The notes: a model not told the origin generated them from the letters alone. A DNA stretch of 63,958 nucleotides, filler included, from Octopus bimaculoides (GCF_001194135.2; 7 parts of 6 records of this genome joined end to end with filler, not necessarily neighbours in it), one strand, 5' to 3'. Counted from the whole stretch's first letter, positions 52,135 through 63,958 are shown. Numbers and translations: made by a program.

Positions 52135-52470
52135 ATCATCATCATCATCTTCATTTGATGTCCGTTTTCCATGCTGGCATGGGTTGGATGTTTTGACAAA
52201 AACCGGCCACCTGAAGAGTTGCCCGGGCTCTGAATATTTTCACATGATTTTCATAGCTGGATGCTCTTCCTAATGCCAACCACTTTATGGAGTGGACTGG
52301 GTGCTTTTTAGGTGGCACAAGCACTAGTGAGGTCTGCTTTGGCATGGTTTTCACATCTGGATGCCCTTCCTAATGCCAACCAGTTTACAGAGTGTACAGG
52401 ATGCTTTTGCAACATCACCAGCACAAGTACTTTTAACATGGCACCAGTACAAGTGCTTTTAGGTAGCATC
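52135..52470 (-). mobile_element. SINE family D (with internal duplication)
   Basis: (ATC)n tail; the TGGATGC.CTTCCTAATGCCAACC block is repeated. Confidence 0.8.
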
Positions 52471-52559
52471 TAATTTTCTTTATAAGCACCGACTGAAACG
52501 GCCATAAGAAATGTTATGTTAAATATTGTATTTACCCCGTAAAATGAAAACAAAATTAA

Positions 52560-53855
52560 AAAAAAGAGGGGACATTTTACAAATGCAAAAAGAAAATGTT
52601 TTAGTTACTGCTTTCAAAGACAAAAGACAGATTTTATTTCTGTCTTCTAATGAACAACCTGGTGTTGACACTGAGGGGAAAAACCCTAGTGAATATTTGT
52701 TATAACAAATATATGGGTGGGGTTGATAAATCTGACCAATATCGGGCATATTACCCAGTTGGTCAACTTGGGAAGAAATGGTGGACGTACATTTTGTGGT
52801 TTTTAGTTAATTTAGCTATTGTAAATTTGTATATTGTATATGTAAAAAGCCACAAAGTACCTCCGCCACCAAAGGACTATGACTACTTGAAATTTCGGGT
52901 TGATATTGCATCTCAGTTACGTGAGGGCTTTTCTTCTAGAAAGCACAGAACTGGGAGAAAAGCAAAATTAACCGAGGTGGATGTCAACAGAGGAAATATT
53001 GACTTTCATAAAGTCAAAAAGATAAATGGAAGGAAAAAAGTTTGCAGACTGTGTTCGCTGCAAAAAAGAAAAACTGCAAAAGGATATCAGATTGAGACTT
53101 CGTATACGCGTCCCTTTTGCAAAGTGCCCTTGTATAAAGGGTGCTTTGGGCAGTTTTATGACAGAAATATGTCATAACTATATAATTTTGTATATTCGTT
53201 TTCATTTTATTATAAGTAATATGTGAAAGTGAGAAATACATATTAATTTTCAGTATGTTACACACCTGTATTCACCTTTGTTGCACCTGTTAATGAGATT
53301 TTTTTTATTAGATGCATTCTGTTACGTTAATGAATTCGTTAAATTGTATAAGAGTACATAGCCAATGGTATACTGACTAGTAAAAGAGTTTTGTACTTTA
53401 TTTTCAATGAAAACGTTTCAATGAAATATAGAAAAAGAGTAAAATCTTCTACTGATTACACCTGTATTTTAATTAATTCAAGTTAATGTACTTCATCGTT
53501 GAAAATGTAAAATCATTGATAGTTGACATCTGGGATAATTTTAGTAGCAAATCAAACAGGTAAGATGTATTTTATGAATTTTAGTGTTTATTCATAATGT
53601 TATTGTTTTTACACCTGTTAATTAAATTTACCTGGCCCTAAAAGTCAAATTTAATCACGAAGATCAGCTAAAATTACGTAACTATAAACCACTGGCATAT
53701 AAGCACCCATTTACAAAATTTCAAATCTGTATGTAGAAAATTAACAAAGTTACAAGCAAATATTGTGGACACCCTACTTAACCTGAATAAATCAAAATTA
53801 ACGTGAACAGATAAGCATTACATTTGACAAATGAATTTGAACTCTAAAGGGTTAA
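52560..53855 (+). mobile_element. piggyBac 3' half: transposase C-terminus plus right terminus
   Basis: YNKYMGGVDKSDQ...KKWWTYILWFLVNLAIVN, Cys-rich tail CRLC...CKVPL..GCF with lost cysteines; ends ...AAAGGG|TTAA at 53851/53852-53855. Confidence 0.9.
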
Positions 53856-54260
53856 ATTGGAATTCCAGGTAAACATTTTATTCGGTTATTACCTATACCC
53901 TATGAGCATAGTGCAAAAAAGTTTTTTTTATATATACACATGCTGATATATGACCTACGTTGGACTCCTTATTTGCATAATCACCGAACCTGGCGCTTAA
54001 CTATGGTCTGTCCATATCACTTACTCAGCATTACCTGACACCTTTGTGGTCTTATTGACACCATTACTTCTCATAACCTCAATATATATATTTATGTATA
54101 TGGGCACAGGAGTGGTTGTGTTGTAAGAAGCTTGCTTCCCAACCACATGATTCCGGGTTCAGCTTCACTGCATGGCACCTTGGGCAAATGTCTTCTATTA
54201 TAGCTGTAGGCTGACCGAAGCCTTGTGAGTGGATTTGATAGATGGAAACTAAAAGAAGCC

Positions 54261-54311
54261 CTGAAGAGATGTTGGCGTGAGCTCCCACTCCGGCATCCGA
54301 AACTCAGAGTT
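54261..54311 (+). ncRNA. Hammerhead-like motif lacking stem I
   Basis: CTGAAGA-GATGTTGG...CCGGCATC-C-GAAA-CTC-A-GAG-T-T; the 5' side abuts the 3' end of a family C SINE. Confidence 0.5.
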
Positions 54312-54994
54312 TTTTACAGATATATATATATATATATANNNNNNNNNNNNNNNNNNNNNNNNNNNNNNNNNNNNNNNNNNNNNNNNNNNNNNNNNNNNNN
54401 NNNNNNNNNNNNNNNNNNNNNNNNNNNNNNNNNNNNNNNNNNNNNNNNNNNNNNNNNNNNNNNNNNNNNNNNNNNNNNNNNNNNNNNNNNNNNNNNNNNN
54501 NNNNNNNNNNNNNNNNNNNNNNNNNNNNNNNNNNNNNNNNNNNNNNNNNNNNNNNNNNNNNNNNNNNNNNNNNNNNNNNNNNNNNNNNNNNNNNNNNNNN
54601 NNNNNNNNNNNNNNNNNNNNNNNNNNNNNNNNNNNNNNNNNNNNNNNNNNNNNNNNNNNNNNNNNNNNNNNNNNNNNNNNNNNNNNNNNNNNNNNNNNNN
54701 NNNNNNNNNNNNNNNNNNNNNNNNNNNNNNNNNNNNNNNNNNNNNNNNNNNNNNNNNNNNNNNNNNNNNNNNNNNNNNNNNNNNNNNNNNNNNNNNNNNN
54801 NNNNNNNNNNNNNNNNNNNNNNNNNNNNNNNNNNNNNNNNNNNNNNNNNNNNNNNNNNNNNNNNNNNNNNNNNNNNNNNNNNNNNNNNNNNNNNNNNNNN
54901 NNNNNNNNNNNNNNNNNNNNNNNNNNNNNNNNNNNNNNNNNNNNNNNNNNNNNNNNNNNNNNNNNNNNNNNNNNNNNNNNNNNNNNNNNNNNNN

Positions 54995-55319
54995 TGTGCC
55001 AGTGGCATATGAAAAACAACATTTGAGCGAGGTCATTGCCAGTGCCACCGGACTGGCTCCTGTGCAGATGGCATGTATAAAACACCATTTGAGCGTGGCC
55101 GTTGCCAGTACCACCTGATTGGCCTTCGTGCCGGTGGCATGCAATAGCACCCGCTACACTCTCGGAGTGGTTGGCGTTAGGAAGGGCATCCAGCTGTAGA
55201 AACTCTGCCAAATCAGATTGGAGCCTGGTGCAGCCATCTGGTTTCACCAGTCCTCAATCAAATCGTCCAACCCATGCTAGCATGGAAAGCAGACATTAAA
55301 CGATGATGATGATGATGAT
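54995..55319 (+). mobile_element. SINE family D
   Basis: (GAT)n tail; further copies at 55660-55888, 57690-58049, 60235-60458 and 60728-60976 (+), 14140-14310 (+), 9518-9630 (-). Confidence 0.9.
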
Positions 55320-56109
55320 ATATGTATATATATATGAATGTATGTGTTTGTGTGTCCGTGCTTATCCCTCACCATTGCTTGACAACCAATGTTGGTTTGT
55401 TTATGTACCTGTATCTTAGTGGTTTGGCAAAGAAAATTGATAGAATAAGTACTAGGCTTCAAAGAATAAGTCCTGGGGTCGATTTGTTCGACTACAGGTG
55501 GTGCTCCAGCATGACTGCTGTTGAATGACTGAAAGAAGTAAAAGAATATCTATGCCTAGTGTCTCTCTCTGTACTCAAGAACACCCATAGTCACAACAGA
55601 AATGCTAAGACAGTTCCCTCTGGTGGTGAAAATCACTCTTGGTTGTTCCATGTAAAAGCACCTGTATGGTGCCATGTAAGGGTGCCCTTGCAGTGCCACA
55701 TAAAATGGCCTATGTGGTGCCACATAAAGCACCCAGCACACTGTAAAGTGGTTGGTGCTATGAAGGGCATCCAGCTGTAGAAACCATGCCAAATCAGACT
55801 AGAACCTGGGGCAGCTCTCTAGTGTGTCAGCCCTTGTTGAACCGTCCAACCCATGCCAGTAATGGACATCAAATGGTGATGACGATGATATATCTATTTA
55901 TATATATATCAAGCCTAATCACATTATCTGCATCACTATCTCTGTTATCAGGTTACCTGGATTTCTCTTAGAGTCAATCTTCCCCTTGGACCTAGTCCCC
56001 AATAAACGCTTTGACATTTAAGTCCAAATCATTTGAGCACTACAATATGTTTTCTACATCAAGAATCTCTAGATCTCACTTTTGACTATGTATACATATA
56101 TATAGACAT

Positions 56110-56361
56110 CGCCCTTTTTTTTTTAAAGCCTAGCCAGGCTCATGGGCCCGGTTTCCCGGTTTCAATGGCGTATGTGTTCCCCAGCTGGATGGGACGCCAA
56201 TCCATCGCAGCGTCACTCATTTTTGCCAGCTGAGTGGACTGGAGCAACGTGAAATGAAGTGTTTTGCTCAAGAACACAACGTGTCGCCTGGACCAGGAAT
56301 TGAAACTACGATCTTACGATCATGGTGCTCACACCCTAACCACTAAGCCACGTGCCTCCAC
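56110..56361 (-). mobile_element. Full-length tRNA-SINE (E-related core) with about 12-bp TSD
   Basis: TSD ATATATAGACAT at 56098-56109 and 56362-56373; head TGGAGGCACGTGGCTTAGTGGTTAGGG. Confidence 0.85.
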
Positions 56362-56369
56362 ATATATAG

Positions 56370-56627
56370 ACATACAGACATATATGTATACAGGTATGTT
56401 CATGTTCATATATATACACACACCTATATCAGTATACACACATATATATATGCATATAGATGACATTACATACGTGTGCGTTTATATATATATATTAGTA
56501 TGTCTATGTATGTATGTATGTATGTATGTATATATGTATGTATATGCAGGCAAAGACATTTGTAAAGTGCAAGTTAAGATACATGACATATACAGGTTCA
56601 CAATTATATGTATATCCACAAATGTAT

Positions 56628-56669
<42 letters not shown>

Positions 56670-56698
56670 TCATACATATGTGTATATACCCATGTATA

Positions 56699-56739
<41 letters not shown>

Positions 56740-56762
56740 TTATATATATATATATATGTATG

Positions 56763-56833
<71 letters not shown>

Positions 56834-56990
56834 ACATATATACACATATATGCATTATGCACATATATATATCAACAAAATATACATAAATACATACCCA
56901 TACCTAGAAACATACCCCCTCCATACACACACAATCCCACACAACTTACAACTTACACCTAAACTCACACATACACGTATACACACATAC
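56370..56990. repeat. Compound TA/TG microsatellite
   Basis: Seen directly. Confidence 0.95.
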
Positions 56991-57322
56991 GTATGCATGT
57001 TGATTAGATTTTAAATATGTAGCCATCAAAAATACAAAACTACAAAAACGAAAAATAAAAATCCCCAAAACAAGTGAAAATAGATGAAAGTTTCCTCAAA
57101 TTCTTGGAGATGAAAATAACTGAAGAATTCTTAATTTAATTTCGTCGCTTCTTAGCATTTATAAACACCTGAAAACTAGTGTATATAAATTATAGCAACT
57201 TAGTTGTTGATGTGAGTGTATGNNNNNNNNNNNNNNNNNNNNNNNNNNNNNNNNNNNNNNNNNNNNTTAATTAATTAANNNNNNNNNNNNNNNNNNNNNN
57301 NNNNNNNNNNNNNNNNNNNNNN

Positions 57323-57480
57323 GGGAGGAGGGAGGAGGGAGGAGGGAGGAGGAGGAGTGCAGAGGGTGGAGGAAAGAGGAAGGAGGGAGGAAGGAAGAGG
57401 AGGGTAGAGGGAGGTGGAGGACAGAGGAAGGAGGAAGAGGGGGACAGAGAGAGAGAGAAAGAGGAAGAGGACAGAGGGAG
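57323..57480. repeat. Polypurine (GGA/GA) tract
   Basis: Seen directly; contains four GGG runs at 57323-57346. Confidence 0.9.
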
Positions 57481-58743
57481 GAGCATTTTGCAGACATTTT
57501 GTGCATAATACCTTAACAAGTTTCAAGTACCTGATAGTGTCCACACAAATAAAAAAGGCATTATAAGGGATGCCCATTTACTTTTGGGATGGCTATGTAC
57601 ATCGTATATATGTTTAGTACCACCTTTTATCTTTTACACCACAATTTGAGTTTATTATTCAGCTTCTTCATGTTCCATTATTCATGAATATTTGATGGCA
57701 TCTGTGCCCAGCGACGCCTTTCTGGCACTTGTGTCCACGGCATGTGTAAGGACTTTCGAGCGAGATCGTTGCCAGTGCCCCTGGACTGGCTCTTGTGCGC
57801 GTGGCACATAAAGTACACCATTTTGAGCGTGGCCATTGCCAGTACCGCCTGACTGGCCTTCATGCCTGTGGCACGTAAAAGCACCCACTACACTCTCGGA
57901 GTGGTTGGCATTAGGAAGGGCACCCAGCTGTAGAAACTCTGCCAAATCAGATTGGAGCCTGGTGTAGCCATCTGGTTTCACCAGTCCTCAGTCAAATCGT
58001 CCAACCCATGCTAGCATGGAAAGCGGATGTTAAACAACGATGATGATGAATATTAATGTTACACATCCAGTGGAGAATAATGCCACATTTTTCAGCTTTC
58101 ACTCCGTGGCAAAACTGAATTGGGAGTCACCCCAGACGCCCCCCCCCAATGTGCCACCGCTTCCCCCTATACTGTCTTTTACAGCAGATACAAAATTGTC
58201 ACCCTCATAAAAGCCTTGTCCAGAGCAGATCCCCTCTCGTCCCTTACATCAGCTATGCTTACTGCTTTCAACCAATCCCTGCATTCATTGCTCACATCTT
58301 GTTTCACAAACATCAAACAATCCACTCTTTACTAGAAAACAAACAAAAGCAAAACAGAAAAACAAAAAAACAAAAAAAACCATTGTTGCCAGCAGAAGAC
58401 ATACCTCTCTGAACTCCTCCATCACGTTCTTACTGTGACAGCTATGTTTTTGGAGTGTTCACCTCCACTGTTGATTAGATCACCTTGGTAACAGAAGCGA
58501 TCAGCTACTTCCAGGGAGCCTTCCAAGCATTTGAATGATTTTCTTGCACAATTGCTATTATTGCCAACTACTTCTATGTATCTGCCTCAAACAAAATCTT
58601 CCATCATTAAATGTCTACTTTTTCAGAATGTGTGTGTGTGTGTGTGTGTTCGCGTGAGTGTGTGTGTCTGTGTGTTTAGATGTGTATGCTCTATCTCTCT
58701 CTCTTTCTACACACACACACACACATCTGTGTGTGTGTGTATA

Positions 58744-59035
58744 TATTGGGTTGGTAACTAAGTTCCCGCTGGTTTTTGAAATTTTGGAATTTATTGCCTT
58801 TTTAAATTTTGGAATCTATTTTTTTCGAGAATTCTATTTTTGAATCATTTTGGAATCTATTTTGTTTTTCTTTTCTAGTTAATTTTAGTTAATTTTTGTT
58901 TATTTTCAGATCATTAAAATGGAATGTCAAGTTAAGAAAAACGAGCATTTTCGACACCTTCTTTTTGCTTTTACTCAAGGTTCTAAGGCCATAAAAGCTG
59001 CTCATAACATTTGTGCTGTGTATGGAGAGGGTGCT
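58744..59035 (+). mobile_element. Mariner 5' fragment
   Basis: TATTGGGTTGGTAACTAAG terminus; MECQVKKNEHFRHLLFAFTQGSKAIKAAHNICAVYGEGA. Confidence 0.85.
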
Positions 59036-59183
59036 ACACCAGACTTGGTGTGCTGACTCAATGCCATGCAGAAATAGTATATCTGAAATCTCAGCTTTTG
59101 AGTTGAAGTAGTTTCGGCGTTATGGGCTTTTAAAACTACAATCACTAGGAGATACTAAATTCACACTTCAGTATTTCCGCTGC

Positions 59184-59191
59184 CTAAATCC
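59184..59191 (-). CDS. Candidate last coding exon of the orphan gene (G-I-stop), then 3' UTR
   Basis: Acceptor CTCTCTTGTGTTTACAG at 59193-59192. With the phase-1 donor it reads G|GG ATT TAG. Confidence 0.4.
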
Positions 59192-59477
59192 CTGTAAACA
59201 CAAGAGAGATGTGGAATAAAAGTGTATTTATACATTTTTAAGATTACTGAACTGAAATTGCTCTATGCATATGTTCAAAACCAGGCTATTTTAAGACAGA
59301 TTCCAAGAGTGAATAATGATTCCACTGAATGAAATACTCTGAGATATTTGTATCTGACTTCGAAAAAAAAAAAAAAAATAATAATCCAATCAAAATTAAA
59401 CTTGTTTACAAAATAAATTGCTGGTTGCAAAAGAAACAAGAACAAAATAGGGTTCCTTTTTTGACCCCTTGACTTAC

Positions 59478-60006
59478 CTGATTCATTTCCGTACTCTGTA
59501 TGTGGAGCACTGTATCCCGCTGAATTGTTGGCTGAATCATTAGCCCCTGAATTACTCCCTAGAGATGATTGCTGCATCGATAGAGCAAGTAGCTTTTTAC
59601 ATTCGGAAGAACTACGATTGCTATTATTGGAATCTTCCTTTGGTTTATTATTGCCAGAAGAACTGGACTGAGCAGACACAACAGTAAATACCAGTCGTAC
59701 TTCAACGGTTTTATCAATAGCTGGTTTTACGTTGCTTGGTTCGACGTTTTTGAGGATGTAGCATGATTTGGCATTGGGTGACAAGACATTGAGCTGTTCC
59801 AGCATTTTGGTGATTGCAAAGTATAGTTCCACGTTCTTATCATCTTTAACTGCTCTCGTTTGCACTCGGTTTCGTTCAGTGGTTAGGTCTGGCATTTGGC
59901 TAGGACTGGAGGTGGAGGTGTACTGTATCAAAGACTCCACTGTTCCGGCACATGGTATCAAGGAGCACACCAATAGGCCGATGCTAAAGGCTCCTGTGAT
60001 GGTCAT
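59478..60006 (-). CDS. Coding exon of an uncharacterised secreted or cell-surface protein (176 aa plus phase-1 intron)
   Basis: Acceptor TTTTCTTTTCCTTTTAG (exon starts 60037), ATG 60006, signal-peptide-like MTITGAFSIGLLVCSLIPCAG, 529 nt of unique open frame, perfect donor CAG|GTAAGT at 59478/59477. Confidence 0.8.
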
Positions 60007-61529
60007 TGCTAGCTGCCCCGTGAAAGCTCGTAAAACCCTAAAAGGAAAAGAAAAAAATAGAAAGATAGAAAAAAAGTCCTAGAAAGTAAAACATTGAATG
60101 AAAGAACAAATCAATTATTAAAATATTAGATTGGTGAAAATATTGAATTCTCTTTCTTGAATACTGAGAAATCAGCAGAAATTTGTAGTAGAGATTGGAA
60201 TTGTCTGTTGAGTCAATGCAAGAATATTCTTGATACGTGGCCGTTGCCAGTACCGCCTGACTGGCCTTCGTGCGGGTGACACATAAAAGCACCCACTACA
60301 CTCTCTGAGTGGTTGGCGTTAGGAAGGGCATCCAGCTGTAGAAACTCTGCCAAATCAGATTGGAGCCTGGTGTTGCCATTCGGTTTCACCAGTCCTCAGT
60401 CAAATCATCCAACCCATGCTAGCATGGAAAGCGGACGTTAAACGATGATGATGATGAATGGTGGCAAAATGGCAGAACAGTTAAAGCATCAAATAGCAGG
60501 CGTGACGGTATTTGTTCTGTCTGTAGGATTTCTGAGTTCAAATCCAGCTAAACCAACTCATCTTTTACTCTTTGTGAGTAAAGCTGTCAATAAACCAATT
60601 ACCTATCCAGAAGTGGGTGAATTCTTTTTTGTCTTTCTTTCTCCCTCTTTTTGTCTTTTTCCCTCTTTCTCTCAGTATCTATCTCTTTCTGTCTATCTGC
60701 CTCTCTGTTTTTTTTTCATTACATTATAGTGGCACATAAAAAACACCTTTTCAGCGAGACCGTTGCCAGTACTGTGTGATGGGCCTTCGTGCTGGTGGAA
60801 CGTAAAAGCACCCACTACACTCTCAGAGTGGTTGGCGTTAGGAAGGGCATCCAGTTATAGAAACTCTGCCAGATCAGATTGGAGCCTGGTGCAGCCTTCT
60901 GGCTTGCTAGTCCTCAGTCAAATCGTCCAACCCATGCTAGCATGGAAAGCAGATGTTAAACGATGATGATGATGATATAATATAGCCTTGGCCAGAGGCT
61001 ACAGTAGAAGACACTTGCCCAAGGTGCCACAAAATGGCACTGAACCAGGAACCATGTTGTTGGGAAGCAAACTGCTTACCACACAACCATACCTATTCCT
61101 TCATGCTGATGTTTTAGATATATATATGTTTGTGACTTGCAGTTCAAATACAAACATTTTATTTGTATATTCTCAAACAGCATTACGTAATTTTCTAAAG
61201 TTGTTTAACACTGTCAGAAATAGGGATTCTGTCTTAAGATGTCAAAATCATGCTGATATCCAACAGGCAGCTGACAAAGGAAACTAACTTTTGTGTTAAA
61301 TATATTTTGGTTCTCTTGTTAATGACTCTGTTCATTGTTATTGTCCTGTTGGAGTTGTTTTACTCACTTAGGAGAGAACAAGCTTTTAGGATATTTTGGT
61401 TTCTTAATAGGGTATTCGATGGAGGTTAGTTACTATTTCTTATTGGAAGAATATATTGTTTTATGAATTTAGTTTAAAGTCGTCAGAATGGCATACTGCA
61501 GACATGATGCAGTAAAATGGTGTGTGCAC

Positions 61530-61531
61530 GT

Positions 61532-61572
<41 letters not shown>

Positions 61573-61742
61573 TTCATACAAGCATATGTTTTTATACAGC
61601 TATTCAGGTAACATACATTACATGAAAATACAAAGTTACATACATAGGTATTTGTGTGCATGTGCACTACTGCATATTATATACAATATATATATATATA
61701 ATACTCACACACACACACACATACATATATATACATACATAT

Positions 61743-61774
<32 letters not shown>

Positions 61775-62319
61775 NNNNNNNNNNACATATAGATAGATGC
61801 AAAGATATATATATATATATATATATGTATATACACACACATATATAATGTGTGTGTGTGCTTGTGAATGTAAGTAACGTATACGCATAGCAGTATTACT
61901 GTTTCCAAAAACTTATAATAAACAGCAAAATATATATTCAACAAATAAAGATACATAAATGGAAGAATGTCAGTTCTTTTTACACTCAATTTATTCCTGT
62001 TTGTTTGAGTAGATTTTCCTTTAATATACACTCATATCATACATGTTATCATTTTTCATAGATTCATATATATCTGTTTCACTCACAAACACACACGTAT
62101 GTATGAATGTATGTATATATATATATATATACATATTAACACACACATATATAGTAACATACTTAACACATGCATACATAATACGTATATATACACACAT
62201 ACATACATATGTATATATATATATATATAAATATATATAAATAGAAATAACACTCTTATATATATATATATGCATGTATAATTGTATACACACACACTTA
62301 CATACATACATGTATACAC

Positions 62320-62351
<32 letters not shown>

Positions 62352-62371
62352 TGTGTGTGTGTGTGTGTGTG

Positions 62372-62409
<38 letters not shown>
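61530..62409. repeat. Compound CA/TA/TG microsatellites
   Basis: Seen directly. Confidence 0.9.
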
Positions 62410-62923
62410 NNNNNNNNNNNNNNNNNNNNNNNNNNNNNNNNNNNNNNNNNNNNTTAATTAATTAANNNNNNNNNNNNNNNNNNNNNNNNNNNNNNNNNNN
62501 NNNNNNNNNCGTACCAAAAACACTACATAAAACATAAATGAAAACTGGTGCCCCCGTTTAAAAATAGATCCCATGCTAACTATATATTAATTTAATTATA
62601 ATCTAAGCAATTTATTTTAAGTATTGAATATACCAGTATTGTTATGTAAAAGTTAAGTATGAATTTATAGAGGTACAAAAATTAGATTTATTTTATAAAT
62701 AAATAAATAAAAGCTATTATAAAATAAAAAAGAAATAAAATAATCAGGCAGGGCAGAACACCGTAGAAAAAGGAATAAAATAGCTTAATCACGAACACTA
62801 TGGTAAAGTATATGTAACTTATTCACCACAATAGAAAAGCACACATACACACGGACACACGAGCACACATATACACACACACATCCATTGTCTCCTCCCA
62901 ACACAACTTCAAAAGAAATTCAC

Positions 62924-62965
62924 CGATAAACGTCGCCATTTTGTCTTCTTCTTCCGTCTGTCATT
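62924..62965 (-). promoter_or_regulatory. Candidate first exon / TSS region with YY1-type AAAATGGCG motif
   Basis: GAAGAAGACAAAATGGCGACGTTTATCG|GTGAAT: ATG at 62939 and a plausible donor at 62923, at the edge of a CpG-richer region. Confidence 0.45.
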
Positions 62966-62993
62966 CATTTTGGCAGACGACAAAGTCCTGCTG

Positions 62994-63612
62994 AATAAGC
63001 TCCACAACGTAAATCTGTACCCGGAGACGCAACAGCATGCCTAGCGCAGCAACAACGTGCCCAAAGCCGCAAATACATATTCCCAGCTATAAATACAAGC
63101 CGATGCCCGTTTATACGAAACTGCGGCAGTATGTGCGTCGCTGCTGCTATAAGANNNNNNNNNNNNNNNNNNNNNNNNNNNNNNNNNNNNNNNNNNNNNN
63201 NNNNNNNNNNNNNNNNNNNNNNNNNNNNNNNNNNNNNNNNNNNNNNNNNNNNNNNNNNNNNNNNNNNNNNNNNNNNNNNNNNNNNNNNNNNNNNNNNNNN
63301 NNNNNNNNNNNNNNNNNNNNNNNNNNNNNNNNNNNNNNNNNNNNNNNNNNNNNNNNNNNNNNNNNNNNNNNNNNNNNNNNNNNTATAAATACAAGCCGAT
63401 GCCCGTTTATACGAAACTGCGGCAGTATGTGCGTCGCTGCTGCTATAAGAACGTACTTGCGGCTGAAAGAACAAACCTGAACACGTAAGTACGAAACAAT
63501 GGCGACAAAAATAAGCTCCACAAGGTAAATCTGTACCCGGCGACGCAACAGCATGCCTAGCGTAGCAAAAACGTGCCCAAAGCCGCAAATACATATTCCC
63601 AGCTATAAATAC
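62994..63612. repeat. About 220-bp CpG-rich tandem repeat spanning a gap
   Basis: TATAAATAC anchor at 63088, 63384 and 63604; near-identical copies on both sides of the N gap. Confidence 0.9.
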
Positions 63613-63654
63613 TAGCCAGATCTTTTGATATTACTGCATGAAACTTGGCAAGAA

Positions 63655-63958
63655 AATCCTCTCTCTCTCCGCTATAAACATCACTGAATTTATACTAAAA
63701 AAAACTCACTCCTAGAAATCCTCCTAGAACAGCAGTGAAAACCCCGAAGAAAACCTTCTACTCTCTCTCTCTCTGCTATAAACATCTTTGAATTTATACT
63801 AAAAAAACTCAGTCCTAGAAATCTTCTGAGAAACAGCAGTGAAAACCCCCAAGAAATCCTTCTACTCTCTCTCTCTCTCTCTGCAATAAACATCACTGAA
63901 TTTATACTAAAAAACTCACTCCTAGAAATCGTCTTAGAAACAGCAGTTAAAACCCCCA
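63655..63958. repeat. About 105-bp tandem repeat with variable (CT)n, running off the window
   Basis: GC(T/A)ATAAACATC anchors at 63671, 63775 and 63883. Confidence 0.92.

Noticed and set aside
57323-57346. Canonical G-quadruplex pattern (GGGAGGA)3GGG
   Set aside because: Part of a simple GGA repeat at a scaffold edge; no evidence of function.
58120-58412. Short ORFs in a moderately GC-rich unique stretch
   Set aside because: No family motif on either strand; could be an unrecognised old TE.
59275-59477. Hydrophobic C-terminal extension of the 243-aa ORF (PILFLFLL...IIIFFFFF), a possible membrane anchor
   Set aside because: It lies after a perfect GTAAGT donor and derives from intronic T-runs; relevant only if the intron is retained.
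62965-63594. 209-aa ORF with a repeated MYLRLWAR...PGTDL segment
   Set aside because: It is the translation of the 220-bp tandem repeat across a gap (220 is not a multiple of 3).

Overview
AT-rich eukaryotic (animal) genomic DNA with no operons, CRISPR or rRNA. The SINE families, dense microsatellites and TE mix point to an octopus genome, probably Octopus bimaculoides; this is inference from recalled repeat sequences, not a database search. The window is not contiguous: six identical 100-bp linkers (N44-TTAATTAATTAA-N44) join seven scaffold pieces, and there are many ordinary N gaps. Most sequence is decayed mobile DNA: a full-length mariner with TIRs, other Tc1/mariner pieces, piggyBac, Merlin, RTE, CR1/L2-like, Tx1/L1, Penelope-like, HERO and an R2-A-like element, MITE/foldback hairpins, and about 40 SINE copies in 5-6 families. 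Almost all ORFs in the supplied track are microsatellite or N artefacts. One convincing host coding exon (minus strand, 60037-59478) encodes an unrecognised signal-peptide protein. Best leads: (1) a complete minimal type-I hammerhead ribozyme at 37452-37517 (-), plus four decayed hammerhead-like motifs; (2) the orphan secreted-protein gene; (3) a three-zinc-finger R2-A-like retrotransposon outside rDNA, inserted in a Merlin transposase; (4) a four-level nested foldback/MITE stack at about 11.0-12.5 kb. SINE and TE boundaries are approximate unless a TIR or TSD is cited.
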